Assembly: GCA_963825865.1 (NCBI GenBank)
Contig: CAWGVG010000026.1
Span: 32,001-96,000 of the forward strand
From: an uncultured Nitrososphaeraceae archaeon
GTDB taxonomy: Archaea; Thermoproteota; Nitrososphaeria; Nitrososphaerales; Nitrososphaeraceae
DNA length: 64,000 nt
Direction of reading: 5' to 3'
The position numbers and the translations under genes are program-made. Every line of letters starts with the position of its first letter. Position 1 is the first letter of the stretch. The notes beneath the pieces were generated by a model. It ran no database searches. It was not told the DNA's origin and saw only the letters and a program-made list of their open reading frames with translations. Of the stretch, positions 36,079-46,227 are shown piece after piece.

Positions 36079-36555
36079 TCATGCTACACCTGTGACATTT
36101 ACATGGGCGTATTGTTTCATGTTAGGGTCGTTACCACAAGAGATTTTTGCAGCTATCCTGTTTTCTCCTTCTTCAATTGGAGTATATTTAGAAGTCAGTG
36201 TTATACTCCACTGTGAGTAGTCATTGGCTCCGCCAGGACCATCTGCTACTGCTGGTTGATATGGTTTTACACGATTTAAATTTACAGTGATTTTGCAATC
36301 AGAAGCAGCGTTGGCCATGGACGTTCCTCTTACCTCAAGATCTTGGCCAATAGGTATTCTTTGACCATCTTGAGGTGATATTATTGTTATCGCACCATCA
36401 GGTAACGTTGCCGTTGATGGCTGCGGTGTCGATGATTCTGGTAATTGGGCATATGAAACATTAGCTAAAAAAACAGTAGTAGTAGGAGCAAGCATTATCA
36501 TAGATAAAGAAAAGGCTATCACAACAGGTATTACTGATATCTTTTTAGGGGTCAA
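36079..36555 (-). CDS. secreted Ig-like domain protein
   Basis: Signal peptide ending SYA-Q; paralogue of 24181-24651 (ITIISP, KPYQ, DYSQW, EGENRI). Confidence 0.75.
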   Translation of the reverse strand: MTPKKISVIPVVIAFSLSMIMLAPTTTVFLANVSYAQLPESSTPQPSTATLPDGAITIISPQDGQRIPIGQDLEVRGTSMANAASDCKITVNLNRVKPYQPAVADGPGGANDYSQWSITLTSKYTPIEEGENRIAAKISCGNDPNMKQYAHVNVTGVA

Positions 36556-36601
36556 TGTATATGTGATTTTATATTATTATATTTAAAATTTACTAACAGT
36601 T

Positions 36602-37349
36602 GGCTTTGTAGAAACCATGCGATTATAGTAAGGTTAGTTAATCTGTGGGTATTGTAGGCGATGCATCTGAATGATAATTCCCTGTTTTGTGTTCTCACTA
36701 GTCTTGATGTAATGTGTTCTCCAAATAATCTTTTTATGACTGATATTATGGTTTCATCCTTGTTTCGTTGATTGTACAACAATTTGGAATAGCCACGCTT
36801 AATCTGTTTCCTATATTTACCATGTGTTCTCCATACTGGTACATGTTCATATCGAGCTGGGATTACACTGAATGCATGTAAATCTTCCCTTACCAAAAGG
36901 TGGTTGTCTTCACTATCATATCCCCTATCAGCTGTAACTACAGATAATGGCAAGATTTCTGATGTTTGTAAGTAATAATATGAATGAGGAAATTATTCTC
37001 TCTAATAATGTACCATTTATTCTTTCAGCAAACTTCTGAAGGGTAGTATAATGGGGTATATGTGATAACTGAAGAAACATTCTGAGATAATATGCTTCTA
37101 TCAACCATTCCACAAACATTCTATAACTCTTACCTTCATACTGTCGTACAGTAAGCAAGACTACATGCTCCATACGCTAAATACATGGTTGCTCTTTCGA
37201 TGAAGAAGCAGTGGTATTCTTGAATTTCTTAAAACACGATATATTGTATTTGCTAGTCTAACATACTTAGATTCCTTCAATATACATAGTGTATTATGCT
37301 TCTAGAAAGCTTTGACGTAATCTATCAAAAGCATGTTTTCTACAATGCC
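36602..37349 (-). mobile_element. IS5-like (DDE) insertion sequence, internally deleted, 18-bp TIRs, 8-bp TSD TAACAGTT
   Basis: Left end GGCTTTGTAGAAACCATG; right end reverse complement GGCATTGTAGAAAACATG; TAACAGTT at 36594-36601 and 37350-37357; ADRGYDS and YNQRNKDET..S.IKR motifs. Confidence 0.92.
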
Positions 37350-37729
37350 TAACAGTTCTGTCTCCCTTTGATTTTGTTATTACGTATATCCTAAAACTTC
37401 CTAAATTCTAATAGTGTCTTGCATATAAAATTAAATCAGTTAATTTTCGAGTAATAAAGTTAATATTCGTTTTTATAATCTGCAATCCAGAATCTTATTT
37501 GAGAGTTCTCTCGAAGCAAACTCTGCACTAGGTCAATGGATACTACCATCATCGGAATTAAAGAATGCCTACAAGCAAGGATATCATGAATCCAATGTTA
37601 CTATGGATGAAGTCAAGCAAAGAAAATAACAACAATAATAAACCAGCAACAAAAGAAGAAATTTCAAAAAAAGCACAGTAAAAGAAGTTTAAGCCTGCAC
37701 CTAGTCCCAAAGCGAGAATTGAATGCCTT

Positions 37730-38119
37730 TTATTCCTTCATGGTAACTTGATTAACTTCAAAGAATCCTAGCTGTCCTGGTATAGGTATTGGTTTAATGA
37801 ATTTCCTCGCGTCTTTTAGCAAAAAACCATACTTGGGTTCCGTATAGCTTGAACTGAAATGTTTATCCTTGTCCGCTACAAAATCTTGTTTGGTAGAATA
37901 TCTCTTAACATCGTATAAAAATGCAAGGCCTATTATTGCTCCCTTTGTTAGTTTACTACAATCCATATTCAGTATGTCAGAACTCTCTTTGTCAATAATC
38001 ATTGATGCATGAATAAGGAATTTGCCTCTGAAATTTGTCTTCCATGTTCTTGTCTCTATAGTTTTTCTTCCGGCTACCACAAGCTCAGCATAGGGTTGCC
38101 TTAGAGACAAACATTTCAA
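37730..38119 (-). CDS. ASCH domain protein
   Basis: CLSLRQPYAELVVAGRKTIETRTWKTNFRG..LIHAS, GQLGFF. Confidence 0.92.
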   Translation of the reverse strand: MKCLSLRQPYAELVVAGRKTIETRTWKTNFRGKFLIHASMIIDKESSDILNMDCSKLTKGAIIGLAFLYDVKRYSTKQDFVADKDKHFSSSYTEPKYGFLLKDARKFIKPIPIPGQLGFFEVNQVTMKE

Positions 38120-38704
38120 AGGCTTTCGTTCTCTTGCTAGGGATCGTTTGTAAATAAAACTACTTGCTCATTTTCGTGATAAGTAATCTTGCACGGCTCT
38201 GAAACTGATAGACTATATACTTTCTGTAAGATTATGTTATTTGTCATTCTATATCGCGACATTATTAATTTACAAACCAAGAATGAATCAGTTCTAAAAT
38301 TTTCAACATCTATTTCACTTCGTGATGGCCTTTTTTCTCGTAAATCTGCAATAACTTTTCTATGATCTGGTCATAAGTTTCTCCTTTTTTTCCTATATCT
38401 TTGAGTTTGTCCCTAGTCGTTTACTTTAGCTGTATAGTTGTAATTCTGACCATTACAAAAATTTTACCACACTAACCATATAAGCATAGAGTAATTATGG
38501 TAAGCCATAGTGCCATACATACACATCGCTATACATAGGCATTCCGAAACAACAAACTGACTGTTCATACCATAACAGTTGCTATAGTTATATACATTTT
38601 ATTTATTGTTATTAGATATAATGTATGATGGAAATCAAAAAATCTATTGTTATTTGATAGTCTCAATAATTATATCGGATAATTCAGCAAAAACAAATAG
38701 CATC

Positions 38705-38727
38705 ACTTACTCAAGGCAAATATATAG
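38705..38727 (+). promoter_or_regulatory. family promoter ACTTACTCAAGGCAAATATATAG
   Basis: TATA about 26 bp before ATG 38752; shared with 40005. Confidence 0.6.
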
Positions 38728-38751
38728 AACGATCGAAATGCTTGGTAACAT

Positions 38752-39349
38752 ATGAACAACACCAAAACTCTAGCAGCTACTGTCTGCTATCTTAATCGCA
38801 ACAACATTAGTAGTATGAGGAGCATTCGGAGCAACATCCGCATTTGCTTATCAAAAGAAAGGAGCATCACAAGAAAATATTAAAAATGGTAACACAGTTA
38901 CCATCCAGGCATGCAAACAAAGAGGGTAAGTAAGTGGAAATGATAATACACTAGGACGAGAATGTCAAAACGTGATATATACCCATCCAAGCAGCGATGC
39001 AACCTGTGTAAGGGATCCGGGCAATGAAAAACCAGTAATATCACCAACATCAGGCCAACTCCGGGTACGTTATTAGTTAAAAAAATCGTAGTCTGTAAAG
39101 ACGATATGGCCACATCTATAGTAAGAGATGAATGTCCTAACCCTGGAGACTTCAAAATAACAGTAACTGGTACCCCATCCTGACCCAGATTCATTCAAGG
39201 GAAGTGAAAGTGGCACTCTTGTTACACTAGTTGCAGGTCGTTACTCAGGTGATTGCAACGCAAATGGCTCTGGTACGATAAAGGCAAACGAGCATCAGAC
39301 ATGTACTGTTACAAACACAGAACAAGACAAGGAAATGAAGAATTATTAG
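38752..39349 (+). pseudogene. decayed SGFDN-family secreted protein fused to a prealbumin/Ig-like domain
   Basis: MNNTKTLA...KNGNTVTIQACKQ..VSGNDNT...THPSSDATC, then GTLLVKKIV, DFKITVTG, SFKGSESGTLVTL, SGTIKANEHQTCTVTN; several stops and frameshifts. Confidence 0.75.
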
Positions 39350-39443
39350 ACATTATTGAGACACAATACCAAAAAGAAGGGCAATTTAAACCTCCCAACT
39401 CTTTTTTTAATTTTAAATAAAGTTTAGTAATGATTTGAAAAAT

Positions 39444-39614
39444 TTACGGAAAAGGCAGAATAAAAGGTGTTTTATCAGGTTCTGCAGAGTAGTGAAGGCC
39501 TTGTTGCATGCAAGTTGTATTAATATTACTATCGCACATATACCGAAATGCGCTCGCTTGTTGTTGCAAAACTAATGCAGTAAAAGCTCCTCCTATCACT
39601 ATTACTGCCAGCAT
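39444..39614 (-). CDS. small secreted protein ending in TPFILPFP
   Basis: MLAVIVIGGAFTALVLQQQASA-FRYMCDSNINTTCMQQ...DKTPFILPFP*; hydrophobic frame extends upstream, so the true start may be ~39669 with a frameshift. Confidence 0.55.
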   Translation of the reverse strand: MLAVIVIGGAFTALVLQQQASAFRYMCDSNINTTCMQQGLHYSAEPDKTPFILPFP

Positions 39615-40004
39615 CAGTAGTAGTAGTATTAATATTATCGTGATAATTTAATGTCGTCTCCAAAGTCATTATCATTACTAGAGATATATTGGATTAGGTA
39701 GTTATTGCTGTATTTTGTTAATGAAGTTGTTTCTAAATTATCTACTATTATTATTAATACATATATCTCACTTATAATTTACGATCAATACTGTTATATT
39801 CATGAAGTTTTCAATTTTAATAGATATTATTTTCTTATTGTAACCTTTTAAAAAATTGTATTACTAGTAATATATATAAATAATAAGTAAGTTCTCATAG
39901 TTTGGTAACGTAAATAATTATGCTAAACAACTTAGTAGCAAATTATACTACAGAAATCAGGTACTAGATTATACTAAAGACGTCAGTAATAACAAACAGT
40001 AGTA

Positions 40005-40027
40005 ACTTGCACAAGTCAAATATATAG
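40005..40027 (+). promoter_or_regulatory. family promoter ACTTGCACAAGTCAAATATATAG (CTTG-CA-CAAG palindrome plus TATA)
   Basis: TATA about 32 bp before ATG 40059. Confidence 0.6.
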
Positions 40028-40058
40028 ATGATATCATAAGGCTTATGACGAAATTTAC

Positions 40059-40322
40059 ATGAACAACACAAAAACTCTAGCAATAGTTGCTGTCTTAACA
40101 GCGGCAACATTAGTAGTGGGATTAACAGTCTCAGCAACATCAGCAGCATTTGCTTTCAAGAGGGGACAAGACGATAGTAAAAATGGTAACACAGTTACCA
40201 TACAGGCAGAGAAACAAAAAGCTTCAGTAAGTGGATTTGATAACGATCTAGAACAAGAAGCTCAAAGTGTTATCTGCACACACCCTGGCGAAAACGCAAC
40301 CTGTACTAGCGAAAGCGGTTAG
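40059..40322 (+). CDS. small secreted protein, intact member of the SGFDN-EQEAQ-CTH family
   Basis: Signal peptide ending AFA; NTVTIQAEKQKASVSGFDNDLEQEAQSVICTHPGENATC. Confidence 0.8.
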   Translation: MNNTKTLAIVAVLTAATLVVGLTVSATSAAFAFKRGQDDSKNGNTVTIQAEKQKASVSGFDNDLEQEAQSVICTHPGENATCTSESG

Positions 40323-40367
40323 AATAGGACAGGCAGGAGCTGTATCTGTTACTGCATGGCAAGGTAG

Positions 40368-40401
40368 TTCTTTTTTTACTACTACCACAACCTTTTTTCT
40401 T
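40368..40401 (+). terminator. T-rich terminator-like 34-mer, identical copy at 46950-46983
   Basis: TTCTTTTTTTACTACTACCACAACCTTTTTTCTT downstream of 40322. Confidence 0.6.
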
Positions 40402-40427
40402 ATACCAGGCAGCGTTTCGATGTCCAA

Positions 40428-40500
40428 TTCACTAATGGTGAGATGACATATATGTCTTTACTAATGGTGACTGCTATTAATTCTGTTCACTAATGGTGAG
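40428..40500. repeat. three ACTAATGGTGA repeats at exact 29-bp period with unrelated spacers
   Basis: Cores at 40431, 40460, 40489; degenerate ACTATGGTG at 40548. Confidence 0.8.
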
Positions 40501-41049
40501 CGGACAAACGCCTACATTTGTATTCAGCTGCTAAAAAAGCTACCTAGACTATGGTGTCTTATGTTCTACTAATATACGTATTATTGATATAATCTTCAAT
40601 TTTGTGAAAAAATTAGTGTCTGGACTGCATATGCAGCGGAATTACACGACCATACCTATTATATAGATGTTTGATATGTGAATTGATATGTGAATACGGC
40701 CATATTTCCCTAAGATGCTTGAGACGAATTCATCTACTTCTTCTTCTTTTGTTGTATCATCTTTGATTTGTTGTACTGTGTTGAAGAGGTTCACATAGAC
40801 CGTATCGTCGATCGCTAGAACATCTTCAGCATCATCCTGTGATGGGTTTTCTTGTGAATCTATATCTTTCTGGGTTATTTCTTGCTGATTCAGTTACAGA
40901 CAGAAATGCGTATCTTAGGAGTACTTTTGCATTTGACAAATACCTACTCACTTTGTTAGAAATTGCGTAAGACGGGGTCGATACCATAAGCTATACTTCT
41001 ATTGTACCATATCGTATTGACAAAGGGATAACACAGCTAATGACGATTC

Positions 41050-41196
41050 TTTTTAAAGCCTATTTCTCTAAATTTACTTTAATATTCAAAATAGGTAAGG
41101 ATGTGTTAGAAGGTTATCTGATAGCAGAGGGCCTTAAGAGGTATCACGAAGATGACTTGAAAAATTGCAATATCTAAGTTTGATATATTTATATAT
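41050..41196 (+). repeat. ~150-bp diverged direct repeat, copy 1
   Basis: TTTTTAAAGCCTATTT..CTAAATTTA..GTAAGGATGTGT..AGCAGAG..GACTTGAAAA.TGCAATATCTA..GATATAT shared with 41753-41898. Confidence 0.75.
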
Positions 41197-41199
41197 AAT

Positions 41200-41553
41200 G
41201 AACTGTCAATCCATCCTTTATCAGGTCCTCGAAGATCCAGATAGGTGAGCGCCATGACTACTATAAAGAGCAAATACAGAAATACCAAAAGTCAGAGGTG
41301 TTTACTGATTGGGAGCAGTATATGACAGCAATTCCAGTACCTTTCGCTAGACAGCATAAAGATATGATTGCACACTGCAAGATGCTGCTGTATGATGGAC
41401 GACTTGTTGCAATACATCCAAAAAGGTCTGACAGGCTGATAACTTCCTTAAGAACAGCTGTGGATAACGAACGAACTCTAGACAAGGAAGCAACATCACA
41501 TAACGATTCATGCTTTTCGCCTAGCTATGAAGTTTTATAGATTTGAACAGTAG
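41200..41553 (+). pseudogene. terminase large subunit-like nuclease domain fragment
   Basis: NPSFIRS.KIQIGE..DY, IPVPF..HKDMIAHCK, LITSLRTAVD, LDKEATSHND/AFRLAMKFY resembling the C-terminal D-x2-D-A region of phage terminases. Confidence 0.55.
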
Positions 41554-41752
41554 CAGAAGGAGGAAGCTTGGACACCCAGTAGACAGTAGAATATTGTTTT
41601 TGACACATGTGACACATATCATACAAAAATGGCAATTTACACGCCTCGCATGTCGCCCACCCCGAAAACCCCAGGCAAACAGGTTTCGAGCAAGTACTGT
41701 TATTGCAATATATCATACTAACAAAGTGATTATACAGATGACAATGAATTAC

Positions 41753-41898
41753 TTTTTAAAGCCTATTTTTCCTAAATTTAGTGAAATTCATCATTAAAGT
41801 AAGGATGTGTCGGAAGCGATAATGGTAGCAGAGCGTTTTAAGGGGTAGCAGGAAGGGGACTTGAAAATGCAATATCTAGATTGGATATATATCTATAT
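41753..41898 (+). repeat. ~150-bp diverged direct repeat, copy 2
   Basis: See copy 1. Confidence 0.75.
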
Positions 41899-42051
41899 CC
41901 ACCTGCACTTATCTATATAGAGCGTTTTCATGATGCATTGGTAATATATCCACGATTGAAACGATCGGGTACATACTAAAAAGATGTGTTTGGTAGGTGT
42001 TCAGATAGGATTGAAAGAGATTTTTGATGCGCTATATAGCGCATCAGCTTA

Positions 42052-42237
42052 TTATAGAAACTGACCTAGATATGGACGAAACACTATGAAACGAATGACT
42101 TGATTAGCTGTTGTACTTACAAACATAGAGTCACCTGGATATATTGGTATATCTTGACTTAACAGATGAGTCAGATCAAAGAACGTTCTTGAAATTGTAA
42201 TCGCATTACTTTTTCTATTCTTCTCTGTGTCATTCAT
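42052..42237 (-). pseudogene. cyclase/kynurenine formamidase family N-terminal fragment
   Basis: FFDLTHLLSQDIPIYPGD motif, then truncation. Confidence 0.6.
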
Positions 42238-42383
42238 ATTGCTACTCTTTTCATACTTTATTGTGACATCTAGTTGTTTTCATTATACAGACTAAAGCAT
42301 GAAAATCATTATGACTCATAAAGTTCAGGCAAGTAATATAAATTATTGATATCATGACAAGCATAGCTTTTGTAAAGCCATTC

Positions 42384-42578
42384 TCATTTTTCCGATTCTT
42401 CATCTGATGGGATATCTCCTTTCTGAATATGCTCTACTAGTATATGCCTCTGCATATCACCAAAGCTATCAAATTTCATTCCACATGATCTGCATGTGTA
42501 ATACAGAGAAAGATCCTCAGTAGAACTCTCTGGTAAAGCTTTCAATTGATTTCTATCATCTCTTTTCTGCCTGTACAA
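42384..42578 (-). CDS. small C2H2 zinc-finger protein
   Basis: YTCRSCGMKFDSFGDMQRHILVEH. Confidence 0.75.
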   Translation of the reverse strand: MYRQKRDDRNQLKALPESSTEDLSLYYTCRSCGMKFDSFGDMQRHILVEHIQKGDIPSDEESEK

Positions 42579-42664
42579 TATAGTATGCTATAATAATATA
42601 GTTGATAAGAATTTGTAATATTAAATAAATCTTATAAAAATGATAGTGTAACAAAAAGTAAGAT

Positions 42665-43768
42665 ATGCCAGACAGTAGCTATGCAGATAGTGGTTGGATA
42701 TCCTTTGTAGATACAGCAAACAGATTCTTGCAAAAAACACAAGAGCATGTGCTTCAGGGAATAAACCCAGGGGGGATTTATCAAGCCATATGGTGCAGGG
42801 ATGCTGCATACATTCTCAGAGACTGGTTTTTATCTGGTAATATTCATGGAACAATGCAGCAGATTTATCAAATATGGTCGCACCAGATAGCGCCAACTAA
42901 CCCTGAAAAGCTGGTTTACGGTAGAGGGTCACCTGAAATGAACTTTTCAACAGAGGTTGCAAAAGAAGATAACGAAAAGGAGTTTGAGGGGGCCTTACCC
43001 ACAACAATATATCCAGCTGGTTTTTCTGAAGTATATGGACAGAATCCAGATATTGACTCTACAGCTTTAATGATTTCCACATCTTCTTGACTTTTAGTTA
43101 GGTCTTTAAATGATAGGCAACCTATATCTGAAACTCCTACATCAGCACAAACCACTATAGCATCTGAACATTCTTCAGATTATATTTTGGCTCTATTATC
43201 AAAAGTTGGGATAACCAATCCTCAAAAAGTAGCTGAATTTACAGTCCCTCGTATGCTAAAGGCTGTTGAATATCTATCTAACAGAGATACTGATAATGAT
43301 GGCTTGCTAGAGCAGAGTCATAATGAAGACTGGATGGATACTGTACTTAGAGCTGGTAAAATAGTTTTCAGCCAAGCCTGTTGGATTCTTGCATTAAGCA
43401 ACCTATCTTCTCTATTATCTCAGCTTCGAAGAGATGATGAATCTGACAAGATAGTCGGATTAGCAGATAAAGCAATGAAAGCAGTAGATAAAAAGTTATG
43501 GTCAGAAGAAGAAGGCTGTTATTTGGATATACAGGAGACACATCATATTGGAGGTCCTTACAGGACACTTACACAAGATGTTTCTCTATATTTGGTAGCA
43601 ATTACAGAGAATACTACGAACGATAGCCTTAAAGGTACAAGAAAACAAAATGGAGGAGAAGAAGCGGAAGCAAAAATTCTAAATCAAAACCTTAGCAGTA
43701 GAGCAAATCGTACCCTTGATGCAATCAGAACAAGAGCATGGAAAGAGAAAGTGATGATGACATGTTAA
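42665..43768 (+). pseudogene. amylo-alpha-1,6-glucosidase/(alpha/alpha)6 glycoside hydrolase, internal TGA and 3' truncation
   Basis: GGIYQAIWCRDA, DIDSTAL, DNDGLLEQ...DWMD, LWSEEEGCY; both ORFs in the same frame, separated by TGA at 43088-43090. Confidence 0.7.
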
Positions 43769-44192
43769 GAGACATGAGCTGTCTTCAGATTTTGTAGCAA
43801 ACTTTGTAAACAACCTATGCAATATTTCAGGATATCTGTCCCTTTACCGGTATCCCTTGTGAGAACAACAACTTCTTGAATACTGTCTTTCTTTTCTGTC
43901 TCTGTCCTAATAGACACAGTCCCTTCCTTCATGGTCTTAGGTCAGATCATATGCAGACGTACCGAAGGATGTGAAATTTGATTCATATATGATAGTATTT
44001 AGGTATAAGCAATTAAATTTAGTATAACCAATTTTAAATTGGCCATTTACAACGAAATGAAGTTAGAATAAGAAAAGAAATTTGATATGAAATATTACAA
44101 TGGTTTATATTAGAATAACTATCTAGTTATATAGATATATATATGATACTAATAATCAAGGAGCTCCACTAATTTCTTGCAAATGAATAACT

Positions 44193-44783
44193 TTGAAAAC
44201 TGAAACGGTCAAATCTCCTAAAGGCATTCGAATCTTACAAATTGTACTTGGTGGTATTGCCATAGCACTATCGCTTGCAATTATCGCAAATCCCGGAGTG
44301 GGTATTGCAACTCTAACTTTCCTGCTCTCTATTACATTACTGGTTGTAGGGATTGAGAGAGTGGTTACAGGCCTTACACTATCAAAACATTCGAAGTCCT
44401 CTCGATTTGGAAATATTGGTCTAGGTGCCTTAGCTCCTTTATTAGGAATCGCGGTTCTGGCATTTCCTCTATTTACAACAGGTGTGTTAGTTACTTTACT
44501 AGCTCTTGGTCTGCTTTTCACAGGAATTGCAAGAATCATTCATGGTATGTCAGAGAAGAATACTTCAAAATGGTCAAAGGGCTTGCTTGTAGGTGTAGGT
44601 ATTTTGTCATTGGCAGTATCTTTTATGGTCTTTGCATCCCCAGCATTAGGTGTATTTCTTTTGACACTAGTATTAGGTATTAACCTCCTAATAATAGGAA
44701 TACAAAGTGTTGCATATGCTATATCAGGCCATCAAAGAAGAACATATAATCCAACTACTACTACTGTCGAACATGGAACATAA
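44193..44783 (+). CDS. HdeD/DUF308 family membrane protein
   Basis: Repeated TM hairpins (QIVLGGIAIAL..NP, LAFP, FASP). Confidence 0.85.
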   Translation: MKTETVKSPKGIRILQIVLGGIAIALSLAIIANPGVGIATLTFLLSITLLVVGIERVVTGLTLSKHSKSSRFGNIGLGALAPLLGIAVLAFPLFTTGVLVTLLALGLLFTGIARIIHGMSEKNTSKWSKGLLVGVGILSLAVSFMVFASPALGVFLLTLVLGINLLIIGIQSVAYAISGHQRRTYNPTTTTVEHGT

Positions 44784-45646
44784 AAAAGGTAGAAGAATAA
44801 CAGAGATCTAATCCTCATTTTTTGTAGGTAAATCACGACTTGATGATGATATTACCAATGTTACTTAAAATATTAGTCAATTTTCTTGGCTTAAATGGCG
44901 GTTACAAATCATAAGAACTAAGATATAGATCTTCTATTCCTTTAGCCTTTATAACATAATTTAATATAAAACATAAAGATAAAACAGGATCTTAAAGGTG
45001 CAAGCAAGGGATATTATCCGATCAGTCTAGAATAATTGAAGTTTAAGAGTTTCTATCTTACGTAATTGGCAGGAATGAAAAACAACGGTAGCCTCAGCAA
45101 ATTCTCGCACCATCTTGTGCTTCAAACATCGTCTATATTACACTAGCTGCCTCTGAGGACACACTCCGAGTTCCATTCTTTGTAGTCTATTATCAGTAAG
45201 GGTGAAAGCAGGCTTTAAACATGATTTATGATATCAGCAAGTCGCTATACTACTTTGGTAAGGATACTACGACTGGTAAGATCTATTAGTATACTTTATT
45301 AATTCATCAGTATTATAAATTTGAAATCTTTGCTAATAATCCTGTGCTTTCGTGCAGGATCAGCTTGAATTGCCTTTGCAAAGATATCCTCGGACATATC
45401 AGGATCCTTCGAAACGATATCTTTAGGTAACTTATTTGCGAAGTTAATTCACTGCACTCGTTCGTTTAGCTGTTTTGTTGCCCTTTTTTCATACTTTAAA
45501 TAATTCTTACAATTGGTTTATGATATTTGGTGAAGGTAATATGTGAGGATACTGCATTACGTTTTTGATCATAGAAGATCGCATTAGTATTGATCAAAAA
45601 ACTACCATCTTGATTTTACGATATATATATATTTGAGATATTTACT

Positions 45647-45826
45647 ATGGACAAGAAAATGTCTGAAGTTAATAGTAGACATGAAGAAGAAGGAGAAGAT
45701 CAATTAGAAGAAGTAAGAGAAGATAATATAGAAGCAGCAAAAAAACAACAACAACAAAAACCAAAATCTAAAGAAGATGTCATTGAGTCGACAAACTCTT
45801 CTGATCAGAAATGGCCAACAACATAG
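45647..45826 (+). CDS. small acidic, likely disordered protein (59 aa)
   Basis: MDKKMSEVNSRHEEEGEDQLEE...DQKWPTT*; TA-rich box just upstream; below ORF track cut-off. Confidence 0.5.
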   Translation: MDKKMSEVNSRHEEEGEDQLEEVREDNIEAAKKQQQQKPKSKEDVIESTNSSDQKWPTT

Positions 45827-46013
45827 TAACTTAAAAGTCTAGCTCAGATTTGTATCGATAAAATGAAACATACAGACATTTTGATGATATGTAAAGGATG
45901 AATCAGCAAAGGACGAATCTATTCTGAAGACAGATTATTATAGGCCAACAACAGCAAGAACAAGAAAAGTTTTACCTCTACTATGGCTATAGCGGTGGGC
46001 AGTAGAATAGTAG

Positions 46014-46227
46014 TTAACGTTCTACACCAAATGCTATTTTGACAGATGTATGATATTCAGTAATATTTCCGCTATTTGGATCTACTTTTGCAGTCATATC
46101 TCCAACTTCTACTCCAGTTATCCCATGTATTGTTTTCTTAGCTTCATCTAATGCAGCTCTGTGCTGCATCTTGCCAACCTTTATCAGAACTGCCGACTAC
46201 CTCTATTATTTTTGCAATACGCGTCAT
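46014..46227 (-). CDS. dodecin (flavin-binding), 1-bp frameshift
   Basis: MTRIAKIIEVVGSSDKGWQDAAQ/ALDEAKKTIHGITGVEV...ITEYHTSVKIAFGVER*. Confidence 0.85.

Noticed and set aside
40428-40500. CRISPR array
   Set aside because: Repeat (11-15 bp) and spacers (14-18 bp) are far shorter than CRISPR units and no cas genes are in the window; kept only as an unexplained periodic repeat.
43088-43090. Selenocysteine or readthrough at the in-frame TGA of the glycoside hydrolase
   Set aside because: More simply a TGG>TGA change; the gene is also 3' truncated and no SECIS-like element was recognised.
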